A stretch of DNA of 64,000 nucleotides, taken from NCBI GenBank assembly GCA_000146465.1, contig CP001951.1. One strand, given 5' to 3'. Position numbers and translations under genes: made by a program. The notes beneath the pieces were generated by a model. That model made no database searches and was not told the origin of the DNA. It saw nothing but the letters and a program-made list of their open reading frames with translations. Within the stretch, counting starts at the first letter, position 1; each line of letters starts with the position of its first letter. This document shows, piece after piece, positions 49,338-58,279 of this stretch.

Positions 49338-50921
49338 ATGAACTTTTTCAAGGAAGGAGAGAGACTGAAGGCAATCTTCGACGACCTGGTGAAGCAGCAC
49401 AAAAAGAGTAAGAGGAAGGTTGTTGATAACAAGAACGTGAGCAAGGAGATGCTACAGACATATGAAGAGAACAGGATGAAGCTGATGCATTTTTTCGAGA
49501 TGCACTCGAGATTTATTAGGCCAAGGAAGAACAGTATTGGAATCTTTTCTGTGGATGACTTTGTCAAAGTCAAAACCTCGGAATCGATGATGTTTCCCAA
49601 AAAGGAAGATTTTAGGAGGGAAGGGAGACCAGGAATGCCATTTTCTGTTGGAAGGCCTATGCAGTGGGGAGGAATGAATGGGAGAGAGCCTTTTTACATT
49701 CAGGATAGGATTCCCACACAAGGATGGAAGGGGTGTGGTCGGGATGGAAAGCCGATGTGGATGGGGTTTGGAGGGTACCCGGGGGCTCCTGGGCAGGAAA
49801 GCATATTACGAGGCTGGGGTCCTATGAACTTCCTGCATCAGAATAGCAGAGGGTTTTTTGGGGCCGGGTCATATGAAATGGAAGGTGGGAGTTTTGAAGG
49901 AGAACATGGTAGCTATGGATATGGAATTCGGATGGCACCGGGGCCAGGAGTTAGAAGACGGTTTGATATTGGAGGAGGGGGCCCAAGTGATGGGTACGGT
50001 ATGTTTCCTAAGAGAAGACCACCTGACATGGACTCCAAGACAGCAGAAGTATCTAAAATGGGTTTTCCACATGAGAGAGAGGAAATAGGAAGGAATGGAG
50101 TTCCACCATCGATGAGTTGGACGGGTAGTAGGAGGCCATACATCCCTACGGAAAGGAGAGAGGAAATGATAAGGCCTCCCTTCTACTATCCGATTTTAGG
50201 GGGATACGGCTATCCTGTCCATGGAAATGGTACGTTTCCTGGTGTTCCAGTGGAAGAGACCTTTGCAACAGCATGCTCGATATATCCAGAAACATCCAGG
50301 AAAGAACAACACTTTGTAAAATACCCACAAAGCTTTCCAGGTAGTGATGTGATAGACTGGATGCCGGAGAAGAAAAGTTCTAAGACGAAGACACCAAAGG
50401 AAACGAAAGTGCCAACCTCTCCAAAAGAAAACGAAAGCTCTATTTCAGGGAAAGAGGATCCCTGGAGGCTAGACATAACAACAGACTTAGAGAAAAGAAA
50501 GTTGTGTGATGAAGATCAGGGCAGAGACGAGAATAAGGAAAAGGCTTCTTTCGCAGACTTCCCAGATGGCAAGAACAACTCCCATGGGGAACTTTCCACA
50601 AACCACGGGAAGGATCTGAATATAATGACCATAGAGGATCTAATTGGAGACAAGACGATTGACAAGGATGCAAAAGAGTTCATCTATGAACTTTGCGATG
50701 GATTTGTCGATCATATTATCCATATGTCATGTGCATTGGCTTACCACAGGAAAAAAAATACTGTGGAGGTCTGTGATGTCAAATTAGCATTGAAAACAGA
50801 GGTTGGGATCGAGCTCCCCTCGGATGGGGATTCGGAAGAGGAGTCTTCCTTAAGTCCCGGAAGAGAAGTGAAGGTTGTAAGAAATGAAGAGAAACAGCCC
50901 CGGATGGCCAAAAAAGACTAG
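49338..50921 (+). CDS. Protein with a C-terminal TAF12-like histone-fold domain and a long Gly/Pro/Met-rich N-terminal region
   Basis: The C-terminal KEFIYELCDGFVDHIIHMSCALAYHRKKNTVEVCDVKLALKTEVGIELP parallels the TAF12 histone fold (...[34 protein letters not shown]...). The N-terminal 300 aa is low-complexity (GGMNGREPF, GFGGYPGAPGQ). Confidence 0.4.
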   Translation: MNFFKEGERLKAIFDDLVKQHKKSKRKVVDNKNVSKEMLQTYEENRMKLMHFFEMHSRFIRPRKNSIGIFSVDDFVKVKTSESMMFPKKEDFRREGRPGMPFSVGRPMQWGGMNGREPFYIQDRIPTQGWKGCGRDGKPMWMGFGGYPGAPGQESILRGWGPMNFLHQNSRGFFGAGSYEMEGGSFEGEHGSYGYGIRMAPGPGVRRRFDIGGGGPSDGYGMFPKRRPPDMDSKTAEVSKMGFPHEREEIGRNGVPPSMSWTGSRRPYIPTERREEMIRPPFYYPILGGYGYPVHGNGTFPGVPVEETFATACSIYPETSRKEQHFVKYPQSFPGSDVIDWMPEKKSSKTKTPKETKVPTSPKENESSISGKEDPWRLDITTDLEKRKLCDEDQGRDENKEKASFADFPDGKNNSHGELSTNHGKDLNIMTIEDLIGDKTIDKDAKEFIYELCDGFVDHIIHMSCALAYHRKKNTVEVCDVKLALKTEVGIELPSDGDSEEESSLSPGREVKVVRNEEKQPRMAKKD

Positions 50922-50993
50922 GAGAGACGAAGTCTTTCTTTTGGGAGAAGGTATGTTTTGTTTCTAAAAAGTTTTAACCCTCTATTTCTGGAG

Positions 50994-51470
50994 ATGGCAA
51001 CAACTAAAGGCAAAAATAGCAGGCTGGCAATTGAGATGGAGTCTATGTCGAGAGACCCACCACCAGGATGCAGCGCAAGCCCAATAAGCCCCAACGAACT
51101 AGACAAGTGGATTGCAGTTATAACAGGGCCCCCAGGATCGGTCTATGAGGATGGGATATTTGAACTTCTGATTGTCTTTCCTCCATTTTATCCATTCAGC
51201 CCGCCAAAGGTGACGTTCAAGACACGGATATTCCATTGCAACATATTTGAAAAGAATATCTGCCTAGATATCTTAAAGGACCAGTGGAGCCCAGCACTAA
51301 CGATAGATAAGATCCTCTTGTCCATAGTTTCCCTGCTCCAGGATCCCAATCCCGACGATCCTCTGAACAAGGAGGCAGCCGATCTGTACCGAAACAATAG
51401 GATGGAGTACAATAGGAAAGCAAAGGAATGGGTGCGGCTTCATGCCTCGAAACATAAGTCTGAGGAATAA
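50994..51470 (+). CDS. UBC4: Ubiquitin-conjugating enzyme E2 of the UBC4/UBC5 (UbcH5) class
   Basis: The track ORF starts at 50958; the ATG for MATTKGK is at 50994, preceded by aaaaagttttaaCCC. RDPPPGCSA, YPFSPPKVTFKTRIFH(C)NI, active-site NICLDILKDQWSPALTIDKILLSIVSLLQDPNPDDPL and EWVRLHA all match. The HPN tripeptide reads HCN here. Confidence 0.85.
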   Translation: MATTKGKNSRLAIEMESMSRDPPPGCSASPISPNELDKWIAVITGPPGSVYEDGIFELLIVFPPFYPFSPPKVTFKTRIFHCNIFEKNICLDILKDQWSPALTIDKILLSIVSLLQDPNPDDPLNKEAADLYRNNRMEYNRKAKEWVRLHASKHKSEE

Positions 51471-51586
51471 GAAGTTTCTTGATGGAACAGATGATTCTGT
51501 TATATTAAATTGTTCTGTTTATTTCTGTACAACCAGGATGCCAAAACAAGGAGCAAAGGAAAATTCTGTATGAAAACAGAGTCCCT

Positions 51587-52135
51587 ATGATTTTTGGAGA
51601 AGCAGGCACATGGCTCCTCGAGGACCTCAAGTCAAGTGTCCTTAAACCCTATAGACATGCAGAGATAAAGGCAATACAAGGAGAAAATGGAGATCTGGAC
51701 AAGAAGATGGAGGAGATTAGAAGGGCAGCAGGGTCTGGGATATCTGAGGAGCTCTCAGTGAACTACGTCATGATGAAGCATTTCAAAGAGCGTAACGAAA
51801 GAATAGTCAGGAGTTACAAGTTCCATCGAATCCTGGGTCTTTTCGACTGCTTTTTTGGCAGAAAGGAAACTTCTGGAATACTTTCTCCTGAAGAGGAGGA
51901 ATGTGCAGAGGAATACTACGCAACTCTCAAGGAGTATCTTGAGCCTTTTGCTGACATGGACTTTACCACGGAAACACCGCCCACACAGTTTTTTGTGCAG
52001 GTGATCACGCTGGAGGACTGTGGAGTGGTGATGGATGAGGGAGACCTCATAGAACTCAAGAAGGACAGAATATACTTTATCAAGAAGAGTTCTATTGCTC
52101 ATCTGATCAGCGATGGACTTGTACGAATCATTTAA
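51587..52135 (+). CDS. SLD5: GINS complex subunit, Sld5-like
   Basis: The C-terminal PPTQFFVQVITLEDCGVVMDEGDLIELKKDRIYFIKKSSIAHLISDGLVRII mirrors the Sld5 C-terminus (PPDFVRVL..G..L.....V.L.R.S.HLLRRSDVEPLI..G.LE.I). Confidence 0.45.
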   Translation: MIFGEAGTWLLEDLKSSVLKPYRHAEIKAIQGENGDLDKKMEEIRRAAGSGISEELSVNYVMMKHFKERNERIVRSYKFHRILGLFDCFFGRKETSGILSPEEEECAEEYYATLKEYLEPFADMDFTTETPPTQFFVQVITLEDCGVVMDEGDLIELKKDRIYFIKKSSIAHLISDGLVRII

Positions 52136-52144
52136 TAAAATCAC

Positions 52145-52681
52145 CTATGGGATGTCTACAGAAGATTCCGGGCCTATCTTTTTACTGATAATGCACATTG
52201 CTTCCTCTGAAGTCAATCCTCCTTCCTCTTCTCCAATGGTATGGTAATTATCTCCAAAGAGGCCCTCAACCTCCTCTTCAACAACTCCGAAGATCTCGCA
52301 TTCAATATTCTCCTTGATCTTGTCTTCGTCGTATCCTCTCTCCTTAAGTCTCTTGTAAAGAACTTCAACAGGAGCCTTCATCAGAAAGACTAAATCAAAG
52401 GCTATATTGGCTGCCATCCCACAACTGTGGGTGTCTATGATGTATGACTCCTTGCCAAGGAGATATCCTTCTAGAGATTTTCTCACCACTTCATCATCGA
52501 AGAGAAGCGATTTGTATGTCTCGCTGTACTCCTCATATAGGTTGTTTTCCTCGATGTACCGGCTCATCTCGACATGGGGAATCCCAAATCTTTTCGATAT
52601 GTCCAACGAAAAAGTTGTCTTTCCTACTCCAGGCGTCCCAGTAACTAGAATCTTCATTGGGAGGAGTGTGGAGACATTCAA
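52145..52681 (-). CDS. FAP7: Adenylate kinase isoenzyme 6 / Fap7 (18S rRNA maturation NTPase)
   Basis: P-loop ILVTGTPGVGKTT, IIDTHSCGM and the Fap7-like C-terminus with LYKRLKERGYDEDKIKENIECEIFGVV. Confidence 0.8.
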   Translation of the reverse strand: MNVSTLLPMKILVTGTPGVGKTTFSLDISKRFGIPHVEMSRYIEENNLYEEYSETYKSLLFDDEVVRKSLEGYLLGKESYIIDTHSCGMAANIAFDLVFLMKAPVEVLYKRLKERGYDEDKIKENIECEIFGVVEEEVEGLFGDNYHTIGEEEGGLTSEEAMCIISKKIGPESSVDIP

Positions 52682-52687
52682 ATAAAT

Positions 52688-53959
52688 TCAGCCTTTAATC
52701 CTCGATTCTACAAAGTCCTTGAACCAGATGGACTCCTCAAATCCCTCGCAGAATCTCTTTACTATCTCTCCAGCTCCCTTCTTGTCAAGCATGTTCAGGA
52801 GATAAAAAGATCTATACACCTCAAATGCGCTGTCTCCTGACGGAAGGCAAAATCTGTTTTTTCCGAAGCTCTTGAAATCCTCGAGAAACTTCTTATGGAC
52901 TGGAGAACCTCGGATCCTGTCGTTGAGTATCACACAGAGGAGCTTCATCACAAGGCCGTGGTTTGGAGGCTGCACCTCAGAACACTTTGAAAGAACTTCA
53001 AACGAGGTCTCGAAGTCTCCACTGCGGAACGAAGACAATCCAAACTCCCCTAGAACTTCTTGCTCAATCTTCCCCTCTCCTATTGTGTCCTTGATCGACT
53101 CATAGTACTTCCTTGACTCCCCATATCCTTGGGTTCGATCAATGTAGAGAAGCCTGAACAACCTGTCCTCTGTTTTTGCCGGCCTTCCCAGCTTGAAAAA
53201 CTCAAACTGTAGAACTCTTCTTTCGACAAGCTTCGGGTCTATTTCCAAAAGCCTTTTAAGAAGGCCATTGTAAGTACTTATCTTCGGAGAGTCAAGAATC
53301 TCATACAGAGTCTCAAGATAGAAGTCTATGTTTTCCAGAAGCGTGTTTTTTTCTCTATCCCCAAAGCAATCAAGCAACTCGTTGATCGTCTTCATGATCT
53401 CCACCCCATCCTTGGACTTCATGTGGATAGACAGGAGAGTCCTTAAGGCTTTGGCCTTCATTTCTTTATCCTTTGCACTATCCTTGAACTCTTCTAACTC
53501 TTTTCTTCTCTCCTCTGTGTCTTTGATGACCAGTATCTTGCTTAGATCCCTGGACAGCCTCTCCTCGTCTCTCCGATCCTCTTGTTGCCCATTCTCATCT
53601 TCTTTGGGCTCGTGATGGGCCAGCAGCTCGTCAATTGTCTTCTTGTGGGTCTTAGTGTATACTCTCGGCGACTCCAAGAACTTCTTCAAAAACGGAGGAA
53701 GGCCCCTGCTCAAATACCCCTCCATCTTTCGGATGTCGACAAGTATCTTCTTTAGTTGCTTGTCAAAAATCTTCTGGTTTTCTTCCTCCTCCAGCTCCAT
53801 CACTCTGCACTGGAGATCATGGAGTCTCTTCTCCTTCTTCCCCTGCTTCTCAGATGCCTCATAAGTCTTTTCTTTTATCTTTACTCGGCTACTTTCCTCT
53901 CTCTCCTCGTCAATCGACTCAAAAAATCTAGACATCAGGGGATGAATGGGCTTCTTCAA
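52688..53959 (-). CDS. Hypothetical protein
   Basis: A 423-aa ORF starting 6 nt downstream of the FAP7 gene. Acidic N-terminal third, helical remainder. No confident family. Confidence 0.4.
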   Translation of the reverse strand: MKKPIHPLMSRFFESIDEEREESSRVKIKEKTYEASEKQGKKEKRLHDLQCRVMELEEEENQKIFDKQLKKILVDIRKMEGYLSRGLPPFLKKFLESPRVYTKTHKKTIDELLAHHEPKEDENGQQEDRRDEERLSRDLSKILVIKDTEERRKELEEFKDSAKDKEMKAKALRTLLSIHMKSKDGVEIMKTINELLDCFGDREKNTLLENIDFYLETLYEILDSPKISTYNGLLKRLLEIDPKLVERRVLQFEFFKLGRPAKTEDRLFRLLYIDRTQGYGESRKYYESIKDTIGEGKIEQEVLGEFGLSSFRSGDFETSFEVLSKCSEVQPPNHGLVMKLLCVILNDRIRGSPVHKKFLEDFKSFGKNRFCLPSGDSAFEVYRSFYLLNMLDKKGAGEIVKRFCEGFEESIWFKDFVESRIKG

Positions 53960-54001
53960 ATTCTCTCCAGAACACTGTATTTATTACACATCTTTCAAGC
54001 A

Positions 54002-54907
54002 TCATAGATATCGCCAGTCCGAGTCCACAATCCCCTCCTTCATCCAGAACTCCAGCGACCTACTGTTCTTGGTCAGAAGGTCGTTCAGTTGAGTAAACGA
54101 TACCACCAGATCTCTTCCATTTATCTGTACATCGGCATGAGAAAGCGGATGGAACAGCTCTGCACACACCTCCGAGCTTAAACGCATCTTGTCCTTGAGT
54201 TGGGGGAAAAACTCCATGGCATCCTCACACTTTTCTTCATCTTCGCACCAATAAGAAGATGTAATGATTCTCCCTCCCTCAGGAATGCATCCCGAAAATT
54301 CTTCGAAGAGCTCCAGATCTTTCTCAATGATGTCAAAGCACTGTAGGTTCTTATGGAGTCTATCCCTAAGCGCCTTGAGGATCTTCTTCTTGGGAGCTTG
54401 TTGAAGGACCAGAGATCTCACAAAGTATTCTTTATACCTTTCTAGAAGATCAGGCATCAGCTCGAGAAAAAAGCTTAGGACATCAGATGTCTTCAGCCCC
54501 GGATACCATGAGAAGAGCTCGTCCTCTATCACTTCCATACTTTCTACCTGGTCCAAGATACACTCAAAGAGGTCGTCTCTTTTGGTCAGCTCCTCCTTGA
54601 TTCTTTCAAGCTTCTTTATTATCTTTTTGTTGATATTCCGAAATGATTCGGAAACTGCAAACAGTATATTTCTGGTGCTCATGTTTCTTATCTTCAAGCT
54701 AAGCATCCCAGGCCTTGCGCTCTTCTTCGTGGCTTCTGTGCTATTCATTGCAACAAGATTTGGAATGTAGCTGATCCTTTTACTTTTCAAGCTTTCGTTG
54801 CATGCATCTTCCATCGATTCCCTGTCAAATTTCTTCATCCTCCTTACAATTTCCCGATCTCTTTCAATCTCCTCCATCCCAAACAAAGAATTTATAGGAT
54901 AGATCAA
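54002..54907 (-). CDS. Hypothetical protein
   Basis: A 301-aa ORF. No confident family. Confidence 0.4.
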   Translation of the reverse strand: MIYPINSLFGMEEIERDREIVRRMKKFDRESMEDACNESLKSKRISYIPNLVAMNSTEATKKSARPGMLSLKIRNMSTRNILFAVSESFRNINKKIIKKLERIKEELTKRDDLFECILDQVESMEVIEDELFSWYPGLKTSDVLSFFLELMPDLLERYKEYFVRSLVLQQAPKKKILKALRDRLHKNLQCFDIIEKDLELFEEFSGCIPEGGRIITSSYWCEDEEKCEDAMEFFPQLKDKMRLSSEVCAELFHPLSHADVQINGRDLVVSFTQLNDLLTKNSRSLEFWMKEGIVDSDWRYL

Positions 54908-55008
54908 ACTCGTTATTTTTACTTGTTTTAGATGCAGAGACAGTTATCAAAAGGCTACAAGACATGGAAAGAAAGAGCCCGTAGTAACAACTATCAAAAG
55001 AAGACAAT

Positions 55009-55480
55009 TTAATAAGTAATTATCCACTTCCCCCCAACTCTTGTGATCTCTTCTTTTGCTGATGGCGTGAAATACCTGGCTTTGACAACAATCGGCCTTT
55101 CCAAAGGCAGCTTTCCTCCAATAACAATGTGATATCCAAACTCCCTGACATCGATCACAGGAACCTTCTCAACGTTATCCAGGAACTCGTATCTTTGCTC
55201 CTTTGGGATCATCCCCCACAGCCTTGCAGAGCTGATTGGGCGGGCATAGTTCGAGTTCTCCTTCCTGTGGTAAACCCTCATTCCTCTCTTTCCATGGTAG
55301 TCCGGATGGAATCTTGTGAAAAGAGTCTTCATGTGGCTGAATCCTCCTGCCAGCCCTCGGCCTCCAGAGTGTTTTCTATGCTTTCCTACACGTCCATGTC
55401 CGTGCGATACATGCCCTCGCATCTTTCTAGTCTTCTTAACCTTTTCTGCCTTCAAATTAGCTCAGATAGCCACTTACCAT
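55009..55480 (-). CDS. RPL27A: 60S ribosomal protein L27a (uL15) with a 28-nt intron immediately after the start codon
   Basis: Exon 1 is the ATG at 55480..55478. The intron is 55477..55450 (gtaagtggctatctgagctaatttgaag). Exon 2 is 55449..55009. The spliced product [37 protein letters not shown]... matches eukaryotic L27a ([30 protein letters not shown]). The track ORF 55009..55455 starts on TTG inside the 3' splice site. Confidence 0.8.
55450..55477 (-). other. Spliceosomal intron of 28 nt at the start codon of RPL27A
   Basis: Minus strand: AAAATTTTATCCCTGAAATG|gtaagtggctatctgagCTAATttgaag|GCAGAAAAG. It has a GTAAGT 5' site and a CTAAT element 3 nt before the 3' AAG. The upstream AAAATTTT box plus CCC motif is also present. 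Confidence 0.75.
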
Positions 55481-55635
55481 TTCAGGGATAAAATTTTTAC
55501 CTCGACAAATACAAGCAATCCAATTTTCTTCAATGGCCATCCATTTTCCACTCAAGCCGTTGTACAGGCGCCTGATGCAGGAATGTGAAACTGTCGTTTG
55601 AGCAAGGTTCAAAAGAAGTGCAAGCACACTCTGAA

Positions 55636-57009
55636 ATGCACTCCACACACAAGAAGATCAAGGTCAGCATAAGGCTAAGGCCCTCTACAGGGAACAGAGA
55701 GATATGGAAGACCTCTGAAGACGGTTTGTGGCATATCCGTGGGGAGAGGAGAGTGAAATACAGCGGGTTCCAAAGCATCCTGTCGAACATGACAAACGAA
55801 GAGGTTTACAAGCTGTGTGTGCAGGAGGAGGTTTGGAAGTTTTTGAACGAAGAGAACTGCACGGTGTTTGCATATGGACAGACAGGCTCTGGAAAGACAT
55901 ACACAATGCTGGGAGGAGATGAGGAGGGGATTATAAAGCTGGCAATAAGAGATGTTTTGAAGAAGAGGTCTGTGGGGATATCGTATCTAGAAATTTACAA
56001 CGAGAAGCTCTTTGATCTTTCGAACAACAACGAGGTTCAGATGTTCAGTGTTGGAAACAAGAATGTGATCTCGAACTTGTGGGTCGAGCATGTGGATAAG
56101 TGGGAAGATGTTGTGCCTTTTATTGAGAAGTGTGAGAAGAACAGGAGGTTTGGAACTACGGAGTTCAACACAAAGAGTAGTAGGTCACATACTGTGGTTC
56201 AAGTGACATACAGCAGCAACAACCGAGTCCGGACTTTGAATATGATAGACCTTGCAGGGAGCGAAAGAGCAAGCCGATCGAATGACAGGAGGAAGGAAGG
56301 GTCCTTTATTAACAGGAGCCTTCTTGCACTCTGCACGGTTGTCAACAACATAGGAAATGGGAAGTATCTGGGGTTTCGGAACTCGAAACTGACAAGGGTG
56401 CTTCAGCCGTCATTGGACGGACTTACGAATCTGATTGCAATCTGCACGTTGTCACCTTATGAAGATTGTGTTGAAGAGTCTGTAAGTACATTGAAGTTTG
56501 CGGCAAGGCTGTGCAATCTCGAGCTGAAGACGGAAGAGATGCAGATATCAAGCGATGGGGATGGAAGATGTGGAGGAGATGGATTGGAAGGAAGTTCCAG
56601 ATGCGAGGTGAAACACAGATGCTGCAGAAAGTTTCATCCTGAAGTTAGTAAAGAAACAAGCGATGTTCTGGAGAAGACAGAGTCCATGACCTTTGAGAAG
56701 TACTTTGAAGGATACGGCTTTTCGGAAGCTCCTGGGCTGGAAGAGCATAGAGAGCATGACAAGGTGTGTAGTGAGAAGGATTCTGTAGCAGGGATACTCC
56801 GGACCTTTGGAAGGGTGATTATGGAGAATCTGGAGTGGAAGGTAAAGCTTATGGAGGAGCTGAACATAATTAACAACGATAGAATACATTTGCTAGAGAG
56901 AATGGTAGGAGAGTTACTTGGTAAGAACCCATCAAGAAGAATGAATGAGATCTTCATACTCGAGAAGTACAGGTTCAACCTTCGTAGGAAGATGGTTGGA
57001 AGAAAATGA
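55636..57009 (+). CDS. Kinesin-like motor protein
   Basis: The track ORF starts on GTG at 55585; the first ATG (MHSTHKKIKVSIRLRPS) is at 55636. P-loop AYGQTGSGKTYTM, switch I SSRSH, switch II LIDLAGSE, then a short coiled-coil tail. Confidence 0.8.
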   Translation: MHSTHKKIKVSIRLRPSTGNREIWKTSEDGLWHIRGERRVKYSGFQSILSNMTNEEVYKLCVQEEVWKFLNEENCTVFAYGQTGSGKTYTMLGGDEEGIIKLAIRDVLKKRSVGISYLEIYNEKLFDLSNNNEVQMFSVGNKNVISNLWVEHVDKWEDVVPFIEKCEKNRRFGTTEFNTKSSRSHTVVQVTYSSNNRVRTLNMIDLAGSERASRSNDRRKEGSFINRSLLALCTVVNNIGNGKYLGFRNSKLTRVLQPSLDGLTNLIAICTLSPYEDCVEESVSTLKFAARLCNLELKTEEMQISSDGDGRCGGDGLEGSSRCEVKHRCCRKFHPEVSKETSDVLEKTESMTFEKYFEGYGFSEAPGLEEHREHDKVCSEKDSVAGILRTFGRVIMENLEWKVKLMEELNIINNDRIHLLERMVGELLGKNPSRRMNEIFILEKYRFNLRRKMVGRK

Positions 57010-57040
57010 TTATGCACTGTTGATTTTACCCATAGAAGGA

Positions 57041-57466
57041 ATGGGACCGAAGATCAAAACACTTGTATTTTTGAAAGTAATGGTTCTTGTTATACTTCTG
57101 CACTTTCTTCCTGTGGTCTTGAAGGAGATAGGGCTAAAGAAGAGGGTGGAAATGATGAAGAGGGACTTCAATAGAAGGCTTCTCGAGGGAAGTGAGAGCT
57201 TGGAGAGGCTTAGGATGCTGAAGACGCTAATAAACAATGCAAGATACTGCAAAGACGGAGATATACCGCTGGACGGTTCCATGGCCGAAACCAAGAGGGC
57301 TTATGAAGGGCTAAGGGTATGGAGCGACCCTGTTTTCCTGAGGCTTTCGAATATATACAATATTTCTATTTTTTTTCCTGTGTTTGCGCCTGTGGTGATA
57401 CAGAGCATAAAGATTCTGAGGTATAGAGACTCTTGGGGGAGCCGGGGGGAGAAGGTTGAACCATAA
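57041..57466 (+). CDS. Hypothetical small protein with an N-terminal TM helix
   Basis: The track ORF 56945..57466 overlaps the kinesin 3' end. An internal ATG at about 57041 (MGPKIKTLVFLKVMVLVILLHFLPVV...) avoids the overlap. No family is recognised, and the coordinates are uncertain. Confidence 0.3.
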   Translation: MGPKIKTLVFLKVMVLVILLHFLPVVLKEIGLKKRVEMMKRDFNRRLLEGSESLERLRMLKTLINNARYCKDGDIPLDGSMAETKRAYEGLRVWSDPVFLRLSNIYNISIFFPVFAPVVIQSIKILRYRDSWGSRGEKVEP

Positions 57467-57485
57467 TAAATGTAATATGTTTTAG

Positions 57486-58205
57486 ATGTGTTTAGGGCTT
57501 TCTGAACTGTGTCTGCAGAAAGAACAAAATGGCAACTACGATGCCCAGGGGATGAATGAGGAGAGTGGAAAGGAATGTTCGAAGCAGCAGAAGAGGCTGG
57601 CAGAGGCTCTCAGAAGAAGAGATGGCCTGAAGGAGGAGATGGAAAAAGTCAGACAGGATCTTCAAAAGCTGGAGATCCACCGGAGAGTACTATTGGACAT
57701 GGTAAGGATTGGAAATGGAGGAATGGAAATAGACGTTAACAGATACAGACCGATCTATAAAGCAGAAGTCGAGGGAGCAAAAGGCCTGATACATGTTCCG
57801 GGAGAGCGATACCATCTAGCAATATATAACCTCGGGAGGATTCCGATGGCGAGTATGAAGCCCTTTTATAACCAGAAGAACATCTATCCAATTGATTACA
57901 TGTGTAAGAGAGCCTACTACAAAAGTAGAGGGAGCCCTGGAGGAGACGGGTATGCCCTGTATACATGTACAATAAGGAATGTTTGTAGCAAGCCTCTGTT
58001 TGAGATATCTGAGAGGGACCTATGCATAAGAGGGAAGGCTGGGGAGGTCTTCAATGCATTTAAAAGTTTGTTTTCCTGGGAGATTGAGTTTGGAAGCATA
58101 ACGGAGTTTTTTGGGCTGAACAATCTGTATGTTCGGAGACTGATCAGCGAGCAAGAAGGATTTAGAGGGCTTGGAATTGGAGATAGATGGGAAAGGAAGG
58201 CCTGA
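57486..58205 (+). CDS. Hypothetical protein
   Basis: A 239-aa ORF with an N-terminal coiled-coil-like region (KQQKRLAEALRRRDGLKEEMEKVRQDLQKLE). No confident family. Confidence 0.4.
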   Translation: MCLGLSELCLQKEQNGNYDAQGMNEESGKECSKQQKRLAEALRRRDGLKEEMEKVRQDLQKLEIHRRVLLDMVRIGNGGMEIDVNRYRPIYKAEVEGAKGLIHVPGERYHLAIYNLGRIPMASMKPFYNQKNIYPIDYMCKRAYYKSRGSPGGDGYALYTCTIRNVCSKPLFEISERDLCIRGKAGEVFNAFKSLFSWEIEFGSITEFFGLNNLYVRRLISEQEGFRGLGIGDRWERKA

Positions 58206-58279
58206 GAGTGTTAGCCTGTTTATATTAAAGGTTGTGACAATTTTTGCAGAGTATTGTTTGTGAAGACTAACCCCAAGGG

